Assembly: GCA_963817895.1 (NCBI GenBank) | Contig: CAWFQB010000004.1 | Location: forward strand, 352,001-416,000 | Source of the DNA: an uncultured Chthonomonadaceae bacterium | GTDB taxonomy: Bacteria > Armatimonadota > Chthonomonadetes > Chthonomonadales > Chthonomonadaceae | Direction of reading: 5' to 3' | DNA: 64,000 bases | Shown here: positions 29,423 through 39,129 of the stretch, in pieces | Position numbering within the stretch: position 1 is the stretch's first letter | How the letters are laid out: each line of letters begins with the position of its first letter | Position numbers and translations under genes: made by a program | The notes under the pieces: model-generated | What the model was told of the DNA's origin: nothing | Seen by the model: the letters and a program-made list of their open reading frames with translations, nothing else | Databases searched by the model: none

Positions 29423-30928
29423 TTACGCGATCAGTTCGGGAATCACGTTGCCGTATACGTCGGTCAGTCGGTAGTCGCGTCCGGCGTAGCGGTACGTGAG
29501 ATGCGTATGGTCGAAGCCCAGCAATTTTAGCTGCGTGGCGTGAAGGTCGTGGACATGGACGGGTTTTTCCTGCGCTCGGAAGCCGAAATCGTCTGTTGCG
29601 CCGTAGGTTTGACCGCCCTTGACGCCGCCGCCCGCCATCCACATCGAAAAGCCCCAGTGGTTGTGGTCGCGCCCGTTCTGCTTGCCCGCGTTCGAGCCGG
29701 GAGTGGGCAGTTCCACAGTGGGCGTTCGCCCGAACTCGCCGCCCCAGATAACGAGCGTGTCTTCCAGCATCCCGCGCTGTTTGAGGTCTTTGAGCAGCGC
29801 GCCGATCGCCTGATCGGTTTGACGGGCAAGGGCGCGGTGGCCGTCCGCAATATCGTCGTGGTTGTCCCAGGGCTGGCCCGCGCCCGTGTACAGTTGCAGG
29901 AACCGGACGCCGCGCTCCAGCAAACGGCGGCCAATCAGCAGTTGGCGGGCATACACGCCCTCGCCGTACATTTCGCGGATATGCGCGGGTTCCTTGCTGA
30001 TGTCGAAAGCGTCCGTAGCGTCCATCTGCATCCGATACGCCAGTTCAAACGACTGGATACGCGACTCTAGCTGCGCGTCTTCTTCGCGCTGCGCCGCGTG
30101 TTTGGCGTTCAATTCGTGCAGCAAATCCAACTGCTGCCGCTGCGCGGGCATGGACTCGTAGTTGTTCTTGATATGCTCGATGACCTTCTGCATGTCGGTT
30201 TGCGATGGGTCAATATAGGTTCCCTGATACACGCCGGGGAGAAAACCGGCCTGCCAGTTCTGCGTGTCCTGAATGGGATAGCCGCCCGGACACATGGCGA
30301 TGAAACCGGGCAGGTTCTGGTTTTCGGTTCCCAATCCGTATGTCACCCACGAACCCATGCTTGGGCGCACCAGTCGTCCCTCGCCGCAGTTCATCAGCAG
30401 CAGGGACGGCTCATGGTTCGGCACATCGGCATGCATGGAGCGGATCACGGCAATGTCGTCAATGCAGCTTGCCATGTGGGGGAAGATTTCCGACACTTCG
30501 ATGCCCGATTGCCCGTGTTTTTCAAATTTGAAAGGCGACCCGAAGCAGGTTCCCGTTTTGCGCTCGGTGGGAAGCGTGGAATAGGGCAGGGGCTTGCCGT
30601 GATACTGCGTCAGCATCGGCTTGGGATCGAACGTATCTACGTGCGACGGCCCGCCATTCATAAACAGAAAAATTACGCGCTTGGCGGTAGCGGGAAACGG
30701 CGGCTGCTTCACGGCCAACGGATTCAAGGAGGGTGATTGGTGGTTGGTGACTGGTGGTTGGTGGGAAGACTGAGTTCCCCCTTTTCCCTTGCCAGCCTTC
30801 CCATCTGCCAGCGCGATGTCGCTCAACAGCCCGGTCAGGCCGAGCGCGGCGAAGCCGTTGCCCATGCGCGACAGCATTTCCCGCCGCGTCAGAAACATGT
30901 CTTTCCAGTCAAAATTGCCGTGCGCCAT
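29423..30928 (-). CDS. DUF1501 family protein (Tat signal)
   Basis: TRREML signal, AKRVIFLFMNGGPSHVDTFDPKP, GEFGRTP, GRDHN and RLTDV. Confidence 0.93.
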   Translation of the reverse strand: MAHGNFDWKDMFLTRREMLSRMGNGFAALGLTGLLSDIALADGKAGKGKGGTQSSHQPPVTNHQSPSLNPLAVKQPPFPATAKRVIFLFMNGGPSHVDTFDPKPMLTQYHGKPLPYSTLPTERKTGTCFGSPFKFEKHGQSGIEVSEIFPHMASCIDDIAVIRSMHADVPNHEPSLLLMNCGEGRLVRPSMGSWVTYGLGTENQNLPGFIAMCPGGYPIQDTQNWQAGFLPGVYQGTYIDPSQTDMQKVIEHIKNNYESMPAQRQQLDLLHELNAKHAAQREEDAQLESRIQSFELAYRMQMDATDAFDISKEPAHIREMYGEGVYARQLLIGRRLLERGVRFLQLYTGAGQPWDNHDDIADGHRALARQTDQAIGALLKDLKQRGMLEDTLVIWGGEFGRTPTVELPTPGSNAGKQNGRDHNHWGFSMWMAGGGVKGGQTYGATDDFGFRAQEKPVHVHDLHATQLKLLGFDHTHLTYRYAGRDYRLTDVYGNVIPELIA

Positions 30929-31120
30929 GCGTACCGTCTCCTGATGTGGCCTGAGCCTTGAAAGTGCGATTTAGAGTTCGTATGTGGGTTTATTATATCG
31001 TATTTGTCGCGCGAATGCCGACCATTTTGAAGGGGCGGCAACACAAGATGGTTAGACGCGCCTGACCGATTTTAGTGACGAATTTTGCAGCGCGTACTCT
31101 GGCATATACGCGCCACGCGC

Positions 31121-31156
31121 TAAAAAGCCGAAACGCTTTTTGCAGAGCGTTCCGGC
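31121..31156 (-). terminator. Probable intrinsic terminator of the S8 peptidase gene
   Basis: GCCGGAACGCT..AGCGTTTCGGC hairpin followed by TTTTT on the minus strand. Confidence 0.6.
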
Positions 31157-31216
31157 AATGAACTTTGGTGATGAGTTGAAGCAGTTACTATCAACTATCA
31201 ACCATCAACTCTCAAC

Positions 31217-33148
31217 TTATTTATCTCCCCGGCGCAGAAGGCTCATGCTGTCGGTTTGATTGGGAGTGCTGAGAGGCGTGATGCTTCCGTTCCACAGGGC
31301 GGGATTGGTCGGGCCGACGTTGGCAGGCAATTGCTGCGGGCCGAAGACCCCGATACCGGCGAAGAAGTTGTCGCCCCACCCGAAGTTCTGCGCGGTCAGG
31401 CAGTCGGATTCAGATGTGAATCCTTTGCCTTTTCCCCCCGTAATGTCGCCCCATCCGAAGTTCTCCGACGTGATACCCTTGCCCTTGCCCCCGGTAATGT
31501 CGCCCCAACCGAAGTTGGAACCGGCGATATTGCCGCCCCAGCCGATGCCCGTAATGTCTACAGTGCCATCCGCGTTACGGGTGAGGGAGGGGCTGAGGGC
31601 GTGATCCGCCGTCACCTGCGTCAGCGCCAGCGCGCCGACAACATTAAGATATCCCGCGCCGTAAGACATATAATCCATGCTGGCCGTTTTCGTGGCGGAA
31701 AGCATCAATCGCGCTTTGATGGTATCCGGGGTGAGGGTCGGGTCGGCTTGCAGCAGCAGGGCGGCTCCGCCCGCAACAACGGGAGCGGCCATGGAGGTTC
31801 CTGACAGCACAAGGTACGACCTGGCGCCTGTCCCGCCGTAGAGAGTTGGATCGAGCAGACTGCTGCCCGCCTGCGTCACCAGTGTGCTGCCCGCTGCGGC
31901 CAGACTCACCATTGCGTTCCCGGGGGCAACGAGGTCGGGCTTGAGAACCAGATCGCCGGCAGAGGGGCCGCGCGAACTATACGTGCAAATAATGTCATCG
32001 TCGCGCAGGAGGGTACCCCTTGTATTCATAGCTCCGACGGTAATCACTTTCGGGTCGTTGCCGGGACTGGTGATGGAGCCGTATTGCGTCGGACTGTTCG
32101 GATCGCTCGCCACGCTACGCCCGCTGTTGCCGGCCGCCACCACAACCACAATCCCCGCGTTCCAGGCGCGTTCGCAGGCCTGACACAGTGGGTCAGTCGC
32201 ATAACTTTCGCCAATGGGATGCCCGACGCTCAGATTCAGGATGCGGATGTTGTATACAGCGCGATTGGCAATGCACCAATCAATACCCGCAATTACCGTG
32301 CTGACGTTGCCGCCGCCGTTCGCGTCCAGAACTTTGACGCCGACAAATCGGGTATTGGGAGCCATGCGCGTGAAACTGACATTGTAACCGTTGGCGGCAG
32401 CCGTCGCGCCGTTGCCGCCAATCAGTCCGGCAACGTGTGTGCCATGCCCGTTATCATCCCCGGGATACCCGGTATTGTTCACCAGATCGTTCCAGCCGAC
32501 GATGCGCGACGAGGAAGAAGTCAGGTCGCCGTGTGGGGCAATGCCCGTATCCACGACCGCGACCGTCACGCCCGCCCCGGTTAGATTGTGGTTGGTTTGC
32601 AGAAAATCCGCGCCGGTAGTTTCCAGCGCGTAATCCGCATACGCCGCGCCCATGTCACACGCTCGCAGGGGCAGGTCGGGTGATACGTGAAGCGTGTGGC
32701 TGTCCGCCGCCAGCGCGGCAATGTCACGGGGATGCAGCCGCGCCGCCAGCGTATTGCCGTTGCCGAGCGTGATAAGCGCCCGCGTGTTTTGACCGCGTTT
32801 CGCGGCAAACGTGGCAAGCGAGATTTTGCCGATAAGCGGCTTGACCACTGCGGGAACCGCGCCATCCGTTTGAATAATCACGGCTTGCAGACTGTCGGAG
32901 TCGGCGGAAAACGTTTTCAGGCTTTCACGCACTTTGGGCGCGAGTTTGGCTGAAGCGGCGGGCATCATCTGCGCCAACGCGGAGGGCTTTGCCTGCGCGT
33001 GAACCGGGAAGGACGCGCCCCAGAACAGCAGCGAAATCATGCCTGTCAGCAGGCAAATACCTGCCAGGCGAGTGGAGTGAGACGCGTTCTGCGCTGAGGC
33101 AGAAACCGCGCTTTGCGTAGTTTGGGATTTAAAGGACAAAACAGACAT
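31217..33148 (-). CDS. Secreted S8 (subtilisin/AprX-like) serine peptidase with C-terminal GWG repeats
   Basis: VAVVDTG, HGTHVAG, AAGN and SGTSMA motifs, a signal peptide, and a tail with GIGWG plus three NFGWGD. ATG 33148 has an AAGGAG RBS. Confidence 0.92.
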   Translation of the reverse strand: MSVLSFKSQTTQSAVSASAQNASHSTRLAGICLLTGMISLLFWGASFPVHAQAKPSALAQMMPAASAKLAPKVRESLKTFSADSDSLQAVIIQTDGAVPAVVKPLIGKISLATFAAKRGQNTRALITLGNGNTLAARLHPRDIAALAADSHTLHVSPDLPLRACDMGAAYADYALETTGADFLQTNHNLTGAGVTVAVVDTGIAPHGDLTSSSSRIVGWNDLVNNTGYPGDDNGHGTHVAGLIGGNGATAAANGYNVSFTRMAPNTRFVGVKVLDANGGGNVSTVIAGIDWCIANRAVYNIRILNLSVGHPIGESYATDPLCQACERAWNAGIVVVVAAGNSGRSVASDPNSPTQYGSITSPGNDPKVITVGAMNTRGTLLRDDDIICTYSSRGPSAGDLVLKPDLVAPGNAMVSLAAAGSTLVTQAGSSLLDPTLYGGTGARSYLVLSGTSMAAPVVAGGAALLLQADPTLTPDTIKARLMLSATKTASMDYMSYGAGYLNVVGALALTQVTADHALSPSLTRNADGTVDITGIGWGGNIAGSNFGWGDITGGKGKGITSENFGWGDITGGKGKGFTSESDCLTAQNFGWGDNFFAGIGVFGPQQLPANVGPTNPALWNGSITPLSTPNQTDSMSLLRRGDK

Positions 33149-33599
33149 TTTTCTCTCCTTGCAGAAAGATAGAAGCAAACATTGTTGAAGTGTCTACAGC
33201 CGAAACCTTGCGTGGGTGTCTTCTCCTGGCAATTAAGCGGTAAATTGCATGGGAAGGGCTGCGTTAAGCGTAGCAATAACAGCAAAGAATAAGACACAAA
33301 AGGCGGTCGCAATCGGGGCAGGATACGCGGCATGGCGTTTGCGCTGCAAGGCGCAGGATCGGGGAAAAGAATAAACAGCGGGAGTCGCGCGCAAATTGAT
33401 ACTTGCGCTGCAAGGCCCGCGCTTAAAAATAATCTCTCATTTCGATTATCGGGTGGGCTGCATAGTAAATTTAGGGGTTTTTTGACATTTTTATAAAAAA
33501 AGACAAAAAAAGTTATTTTGGTCTATAAAGATTGGTAAGCGAACTGCCGATATTGGACAAATACTGTTTTGTTCGGCCACACCCCTCTTAATAAACGCC

Positions 33600-33628
33600 T
33601 TGCATTTCTCCCGCCTGACCAGTATCAT
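33600..33628 (+). promoter_or_regulatory. Sigma70-like promoter for the HD-GYP/GGDEF gene
   Basis: TTGCAT-N17-TATCAT about 50 bp upstream of ATG 33679. Confidence 0.45.
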
Positions 33629-33678
33629 TGTAATACCCGTCCGGCAAACGCAGTTACCTTGTGAGGACACCTAATCTT

Positions 33679-36364
33679 ATGTCATCGAATTCTCCCGCCG
33701 AGCGCAATTATCTGTGTTTTGTCTGTCTGTTGGGATTGTCGGCTTTCGTTGCGACACTGCGACTGCCCCCGGTTGCGGGGGATAATTTCGCCCTGTTGCC
33801 TGTGGGCATAGCTGTCCTGTTCGCTGTAGGGGCGGGCATGTGTAAAGTGCAACTCCCCTCCTCCAAACGGCAGCCTGAGCAGGCGCGTTATGTAACGCTT
33901 GCTTTTCTGGTAACCTTCGGAACGCTGTTGGTCCTGGGCATACGCGCGGGCGTACTGGCCGGAGTGATTTCACAGCTTGCCACGGATTTGTATCCTCGTC
34001 CCAACAAACTGCGCCCGCTGCTGTTCAATGCCGCGTCCCTGGCAACCACAGCCTGGTGTTCCGGCCAAATTTTCGCCTGGCTCAATCATGGGGTGGGCGC
34101 GGAAAAGCCCCAATCCCTTTTCGCGATTCTCGCCGCTTTTAGCGCCTACTTTTTGCTGAACACCGGGTTGCTGGCGATTATGATCGCTTTGCGTGCCGCG
34201 TCAATCGGTATTCGAGGTCTGGCGCAGAGATTTTACATGGGCTATTCCGCTGCATCTGACGCAAGCCGCCGTTGCCGCATTTGCCTTCCTGTTTGTCAAG
34301 GATCTTCGCGCGCTGCTGCTGTTCGTTCCCATCGTGCCGCTTGCGCTTCAATACTATAGGTTCTATACCGACTCGGCCTCCAAGACACAGCAGCTTATTG
34401 ATACGCTGGAAGCGGGCAAGGAGGAGATGGCGGAACTGTACCTGTCTACAGTAAAATCGCTGGCGACAGCTATTGCCGCCAAAGATCAATACACGCACGC
34501 GCACATTCATCGCGTCCAGCACTACGCGGTCGCCATCGCGGAAGCCATGTGTGTTTCTGAAGACGATATGGGGGCTATTCGCACCGGGGCCGTGCTGCAT
34601 GACATCGGCAAACTGGGTGTGCCGGATTACGTGCTGCTCAAGCCCGGCCGCCTGACGCCGGAAGAGTTCGAGAAAATGAAGCGGCATCCGGTTGTGGGGG
34701 CGGACATACTGGAACCCGTCAAATTTCCCTGGCCGGTGGTGGACGTGGTGCGCCACCACCATGAGCGCTGGGATGGCGCGGGCTATCCCGACAAATTGAC
34801 AGGCGAAGCAATCCCTTTGAGCGCGCGCATACTATCGGTTGCCGACGTTTATGACGCGCTGACCTCGGATCGTCCTTACCGCGCGGCGTGGCCGCCCCGG
34901 AAAACACAGGATTATCTGATTACCGAAGCCGGCGTACAATTCGATCCGCGCGTGGTTGCGGCGTTCTTGAAGGTTGTAGATCAGGTTGATCTGACGATGC
35001 GGGAACTCGACAACGTGGCGGCAAACGCGGAAGCGGTTACGGGACATCTCTCCCCGGAAGGCGTGGCTCTGGGCGCGTCGCGGCAGATTCGCCACTCCGC
35101 CTCAGAGTTGTGGGTGTTCTATGAGGTCAGTCAGGCGCTCAATTCGCCCATCTCCATGCAGCAACGGCTGGCATTGCTCGGCCAAAAACTGACCGCCATT
35201 ATGCCGGGAACAACCTGCGCGTTCCTGCTGTATGAGACGCCGGAAAGCCTTCTGGCGACCACAACGTCCTCAAGTGGATTTGCATTGTCGCAGGATCAGG
35301 AGTTGATACTGTCTGAGGCGAAGGCCGAGAATGTGGATGCCGGTAAAGTTCATTCGGATCGCAGAAAACGGCAAGAGGAAAAGATTGGCCTGCCGCGCCT
35401 GCGCGTTTATGCGGCGGCGGGGCAGAATGTGGACGTGTTACAATCAAATGTAATTATCAACGTCAATTCGCCCTCGTCCATCGCGGCGCGCAGCCGCCGC
35501 CCGTATCGGGGCGCTTATGTGGATGAGGGGCTGACCTGGTCTATGTCGGCGGGCGAAGCGCGGCCTGTGCGCTCGGTCATGGTTGTGCCGCTTTTGCATG
35601 GCGAGGAGACTCTGGGAACCATGACGTTCTATCATCGCGATCTGGCCGGGTTCAGCGCGGATGATGAGCATCTGCTGAGTATGATCGGCGAACAGGTACA
35701 ATCCGCGCTGCATCAGGAACGAGAGTATGCGCGTACCTACAGCGACGCGAACACGGACGCGCTGACCGGACTGAACAACATGCGCTGCCTGCGTCAGAAG
35801 ATGGACGGAATGCCGCTTCTGCACCCGCAAATTGAGTGCGCCGTGTTATATCTGGATTTAGACAATTTCAAGAATGTGAACACGCGCTTCGGCCATCCCC
35901 TCGGCAGCCGGGTTTTGCGCGAAGTGGCGCAATTGCTGCCGCGCGAACTGCGTCCGACAGACATGGCCGTGCGCTATGGCGGCGATGAGTTTGTGATTGT
36001 TTTGCCGCAGACCGATGAAGCGGGCGCGCGCGAAGTGGCCGCGCGTATTCGCGCCGAAGTGCAAAACTACCGCCCCGCGTTTCTTGCGGACTTCGACGCT
36101 TCCTGTTATCTGGACGTGAGCATCGGCCTTGCCTGCGCTCCCCCGGACGGCATGGATATGGAAGAACTGGTGGCCATTGCCGACCGGCGCATGTATGAGA
36201 TCAAATCGCGGCAAAAAGCGACGGAAGACGCTCTGGCTTGCGTGAATTCAAGGGTGAATGAAGACGTAGCCTCCGAACTGCGCTGCCTGTTCGCCCAACC
36301 CCTGTGTCTGGATACCGCTGTGGTTGCCCGCGTCATGGAACAGTTGGCAACAGCGGGCGGTTAG
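33679..36364 (+). CDS. Membrane sensor - HD-GYP - GAF - GGDEF c-di-GMP enzyme (+1 frameshift near 34196)
   Basis: Multi-TM N-terminus, KDQYT..H, LHDIGKLGV, HHERWDGAGYP, ADVYDAL, a GAF segment (VVPLLHGEETLG), DALTGL, DLDNFK and RPTD..YGGDEF. Confidence 0.9.
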
Positions 36365-36377
36365 TGGCGTCTGGTGG

Positions 36378-36407
36378 TTGACTTCCGGCCTGCAAACACC
36401 GTATAAT
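36378..36407 (+). promoter_or_regulatory. Sigma70-like promoter upstream of hisD
   Basis: TTGACT-N18-TATAAT. Confidence 0.55.
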
Positions 36408-36427
36408 GAGAAAAGATTTGTCACTAT

Positions 36428-36463
36428 CAGCCCTCCGCGCCCTATCGCGGATGGCTGTTTTTT
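36428..36463 (+). terminator. Intrinsic terminator hairpin
   Basis: CAGCC.TCCGCG..CGCGGA.GGCTG followed by TTTTTT. Confidence 0.7.
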
Positions 36464-36534
36464 AAGTGAGAGTGAAGAGTGAGAGTGAGAGAAAAGACCT
36501 GTTCACTCTCACTCTCCACTCTTCACTCTTACTT
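36464..36534. repeat. GTGAGA(G)-type palindromic repeat, copy 1
   Basis: AAGTGAGAGTGAAGAGTGAGAGTGAGAG / CTCTCACTCTCCACTCTTCACTCTTACTT. Confidence 0.8.
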
Positions 36535-36550
36535 CTAAAGGAACACTGCT

Positions 36551-37852
36551 TTGCGGATTTTGCGAGTGGCTCAGGATGGATACGAGCGTTGCCGCGCGGC
36601 TCTGGCGCGTACCACGCTACAGGACAACCCCCGCGTGGAAGCGATAGTACGCGACATCATTGCGGACACGCGGGCGCGGGGTGACGCGGCCCTGCTGGAA
36701 CTCAGCCGTCGCTTCGATTCACCGCATCTGGACACGCTGGAAGTTCTCCGCGCCGATTGGGACGAGGCAGAGGCCGAGATCGCGCCCGCTTTGCGCGACG
36801 CCGTGCGCCAATCCGCCGCCAACATCGAAAAGTTTCATGTTCAGCAGCGCAAAACAAGCTGGCTGGACGCGCAGCCCGACCGTATTCTGGGGCAGCTTGT
36901 GCGCCCCTTAGATAAAGTGGGCGTGTACGTTCCCGGCGGCACGGCGGCGTATCCGAGTACGGTGCTGATGGCGGCGATTCCCGCGATTGTGGCGGGTGTG
37001 CCGGAGGTGATTCTGTGTACTCCCGTTCAGAAGGACGGGAAAGTTCCGCCGCTTGTGCTGTACGCGGCCAAAGTGGCGGGCGTACAGCGCGTCATCACGG
37101 TCGGGGGAGCGCAGGCGATAGCCGCTCTTGCTTATGGAACTGCAACCGTACCTGCTGTGGATAAGATTGTCGGACCGGGCAACGTGTATGTCAACATCGC
37201 CAAAAAACAGTTGTGGGGCGTAGTGGATATTGACATGCTTGCCGGACCGAGCGAAGTGTGCGTGGTCGCCGACGAACACGCCAACCCCATCTTTGCCGCA
37301 ATGGACCTGCTCACGCAGGCCGAACACGACGTGGAAGCCGCCGCCTTCCTGATTACGCCCTCGGAAACGCTGGCGCAGGCGGTTTTGAAAGAGATCGAGC
37401 GGCAACTGACGCGATTGCCCCGGCGCGACATTCTGCTCAAATCGCTGGAAGACAACAGCGCGGTTCTTGTCACCGAAACGCTGGCGCAGGCTTACGACCT
37501 CGCCAACGCCTGCGCCCCGGAACATCTGGCTCTGATGGTGCGCGACCCGCTTGCCGCGCTCGGCCACATCCGCAACGCGGGCGCGATTCTGATGGGCGAT
37601 TACACGCCGCAGACACTGGGCGACTACTTCGCGGGGCCAAGCCATACGCTTCCCACCAGCGGAACCGCGCGTTTCGCCTCGCCCCTGCACGTAGATACCT
37701 TTGTAAAAAAGTCCAGCTTCCTGTACTACACCAAAACCGCGCTTGAAGATGTGGCGGATTCACTCACGTCCTTTGCCTGCGCCGAAGGTTTTGACGCCCA
37801 CGCCGAAGCCGTCCGCGTCCGCGTCGCAGGTTCCCCTGACCCGACAAGTTGA
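36551..37852 (+). CDS. hisD: Histidinol dehydrogenase
   Basis: GVYVPGG.AAYPSTVLM, GGAQAIAALAYGT, KIVGPGN, IDMLAGPSE, QAEHD, APEHL and GPSHTLPT. TTG start. Confidence 0.96.
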   Translation: MRILRVAQDGYERCRAALARTTLQDNPRVEAIVRDIIADTRARGDAALLELSRRFDSPHLDTLEVLRADWDEAEAEIAPALRDAVRQSAANIEKFHVQQRKTSWLDAQPDRILGQLVRPLDKVGVYVPGGTAAYPSTVLMAAIPAIVAGVPEVILCTPVQKDGKVPPLVLYAAKVAGVQRVITVGGAQAIAALAYGTATVPAVDKIVGPGNVYVNIAKKQLWGVVDIDMLAGPSEVCVVADEHANPIFAAMDLLTQAEHDVEAAAFLITPSETLAQAVLKEIERQLTRLPRRDILLKSLEDNSAVLVTETLAQAYDLANACAPEHLALMVRDPLAALGHIRNAGAILMGDYTPQTLGDYFAGPSHTLPTSGTARFASPLHVDTFVKKSSFLYYTKTALEDVADSLTSFACAEGFDAHAEAVRVRVAGSPDPTS

Positions 37853-37903
37853 CACATGACTGCTATTATGCAGCCATATATCGCGCTTTGCAATGAAATG
37901 CTG

Positions 37904-38046
37904 TAACTGTTCACCACCAAGACGCCAAGAACACCAAGAAGAACGAGAAGAACGACATTATAAACTTGTCGAAACTCTCCTGCGTTCCAAGCCTTTGTAG
38001 TTGCTTTTGATCTTGGTGTTCTTGGCGTCTTGGTGGTGAACAGTTA
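37904..38046. repeat. 36-bp perfect inverted repeat between convergent hisD and purQ
   Basis: TAACTGTTCACCACCAAGACGCCAAGAACACCAAGA at 37904-37939 with its exact complement at 38011-38046. Confidence 0.9.
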
Positions 38047-38058
38047 TAAAATGCGTAT

Positions 38059-38808
38059 CTACTTCATCGCCGCCTGAACCGTTTGTATCAGCGACGCGAA
38101 AACGCCCCTGCCGTCCGCGGAACCGAGGATTTTCTCGCAGGCGCGTTCGGGGTGGGGCATCATGCCCATCACGTTGAAACGGGCGTTGGCGATTCCGGCA
38201 ATGCTGTCGAGGGAGCCGTTCGGGTTGGCGTCGGGCGCGGGTTCGCCGTTTTCATTGACGTAGCGGAATAAAATGCGCCCGTTCGCTTCCATTTCCAGAC
38301 GCGCTTCCTCGTCGCACACATAGCAGCCCTCGCCGTGCGCGACGGGAATACGCAGCAGTTGTCCGGCTTTGTAGCCGCCCGTAAACGGCGTGGTATTGTT
38401 TTCCACGCGCAGGATTGTGCTTTTGCACACGAATTTGCAGCCCGCGTTGCGGACAAGCGCGCCGGGTAACAGATGCGCCTCGCACAGCACCTGAAAGCCG
38501 TTGCAAATGCCGATAACGTAGCCGCCCCGATCCGCATGGGCGCGTACCGCGTCCATCACGGGCGCGAACCGGGCAACCGCCCCCGTGCGCAGATAGTCGC
38601 CATACGAAAATCCGCCCGGAAGGACGATCACATCGAAACCTTTTAGACTGGTCTCCTGATGCCACACGTACTCGACTGGCACATTCAGCACATCCTTCAG
38701 CGCGTAATAGGCGTCCTGATCGCAGTTGGAACCGGGAAAGCGCACAACCGCGAACTTCGGGGCGCGTCCGCCCGTTTTTGCCACATTCGGCATTGCTGTC
38801 GCCGTCAT
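38059..38808 (-). CDS. purQ: Phosphoribosylformylglycinamidine synthase glutaminase subunit
   Basis: FPGSNCD, PGGFSYGDYLR, GICNGFQ, AHGEG, NPNGS and MMPHPER. Confidence 0.96.
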   Translation of the reverse strand: MTATAMPNVAKTGGRAPKFAVVRFPGSNCDQDAYYALKDVLNVPVEYVWHQETSLKGFDVIVLPGGFSYGDYLRTGAVARFAPVMDAVRAHADRGGYVIGICNGFQVLCEAHLLPGALVRNAGCKFVCKSTILRVENNTTPFTGGYKAGQLLRIPVAHGEGCYVCDEEARLEMEANGRILFRYVNENGEPAPDANPNGSLDSIAGIANARFNVMGMMPHPERACEKILGSADGRGVFASLIQTVQAAMK

Positions 38809-39053
38809 TTCATCACCTCGTAACGATAATTCTCGATGACGGGATTGGCAAGCAGGCGGTCGCACATCTCTTTGATTTGCGCTTCCATGCCCGCCTGATC
38901 TTTGTTCCCCTCGATTTCCAGTTCCATATACTTGCCGATGCGAACCTGCGAAACATCCCCGTAGCCCATAGAATGAAGGGCGTCCTGCACCACGCGCCCC
39001 TGCGCATCCAGCAGCGTGGGCTTCAGGGTCACAAACACTTTTACCTGCGGCAT
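38805..39053 (-). CDS. purS: Phosphoribosylformylglycinamidine synthase subunit PurS
   Basis: LDAQG, VRIGK and LLANPVIENY. ATGA overlap with purQ. Confidence 0.95.
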   Translation of the reverse strand: MPQVKVFVTLKPTLLDAQGRVVQDALHSMGYGDVSQVRIGKYMELEIEGNKDQAGMEAQIKEMCDRLLANPVIENYRYEVMK

Positions 39054-39067
39054 ATTTTCTCCTTCGG

Positions 39068-39127
39068 AGAAGTGAGAGTGGAGAGTGAGAGTAAATGCTT
39101 GTTCTCTCACTCTCCACTCTCACTTCT
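39068..39127. repeat. GTGAGA(G)-type palindromic repeat, copy 2 (24-bp perfect IR)
   Basis: AGAAGTGAGAGTGGAGAGTGAGAG at 39068-39091 and its complement at 39104-39127. Confidence 0.88.
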
Positions 39128-39129
39128 GT

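Noticed and set aside
33399..33418. Rifamycin-associated element (RAE) controlling the HelD-like gene
   Set aside because: CTTGCGCTGCAAGGCCC resembles it only partly and lies about 5.7 kb from helD, with other genes in between.
36406..36465. His leader peptide upstream of hisD
   Set aside because: The short ORF MRKDLSLSALRALSRMAVF has no His codons and its ATG overlaps the -10 box.
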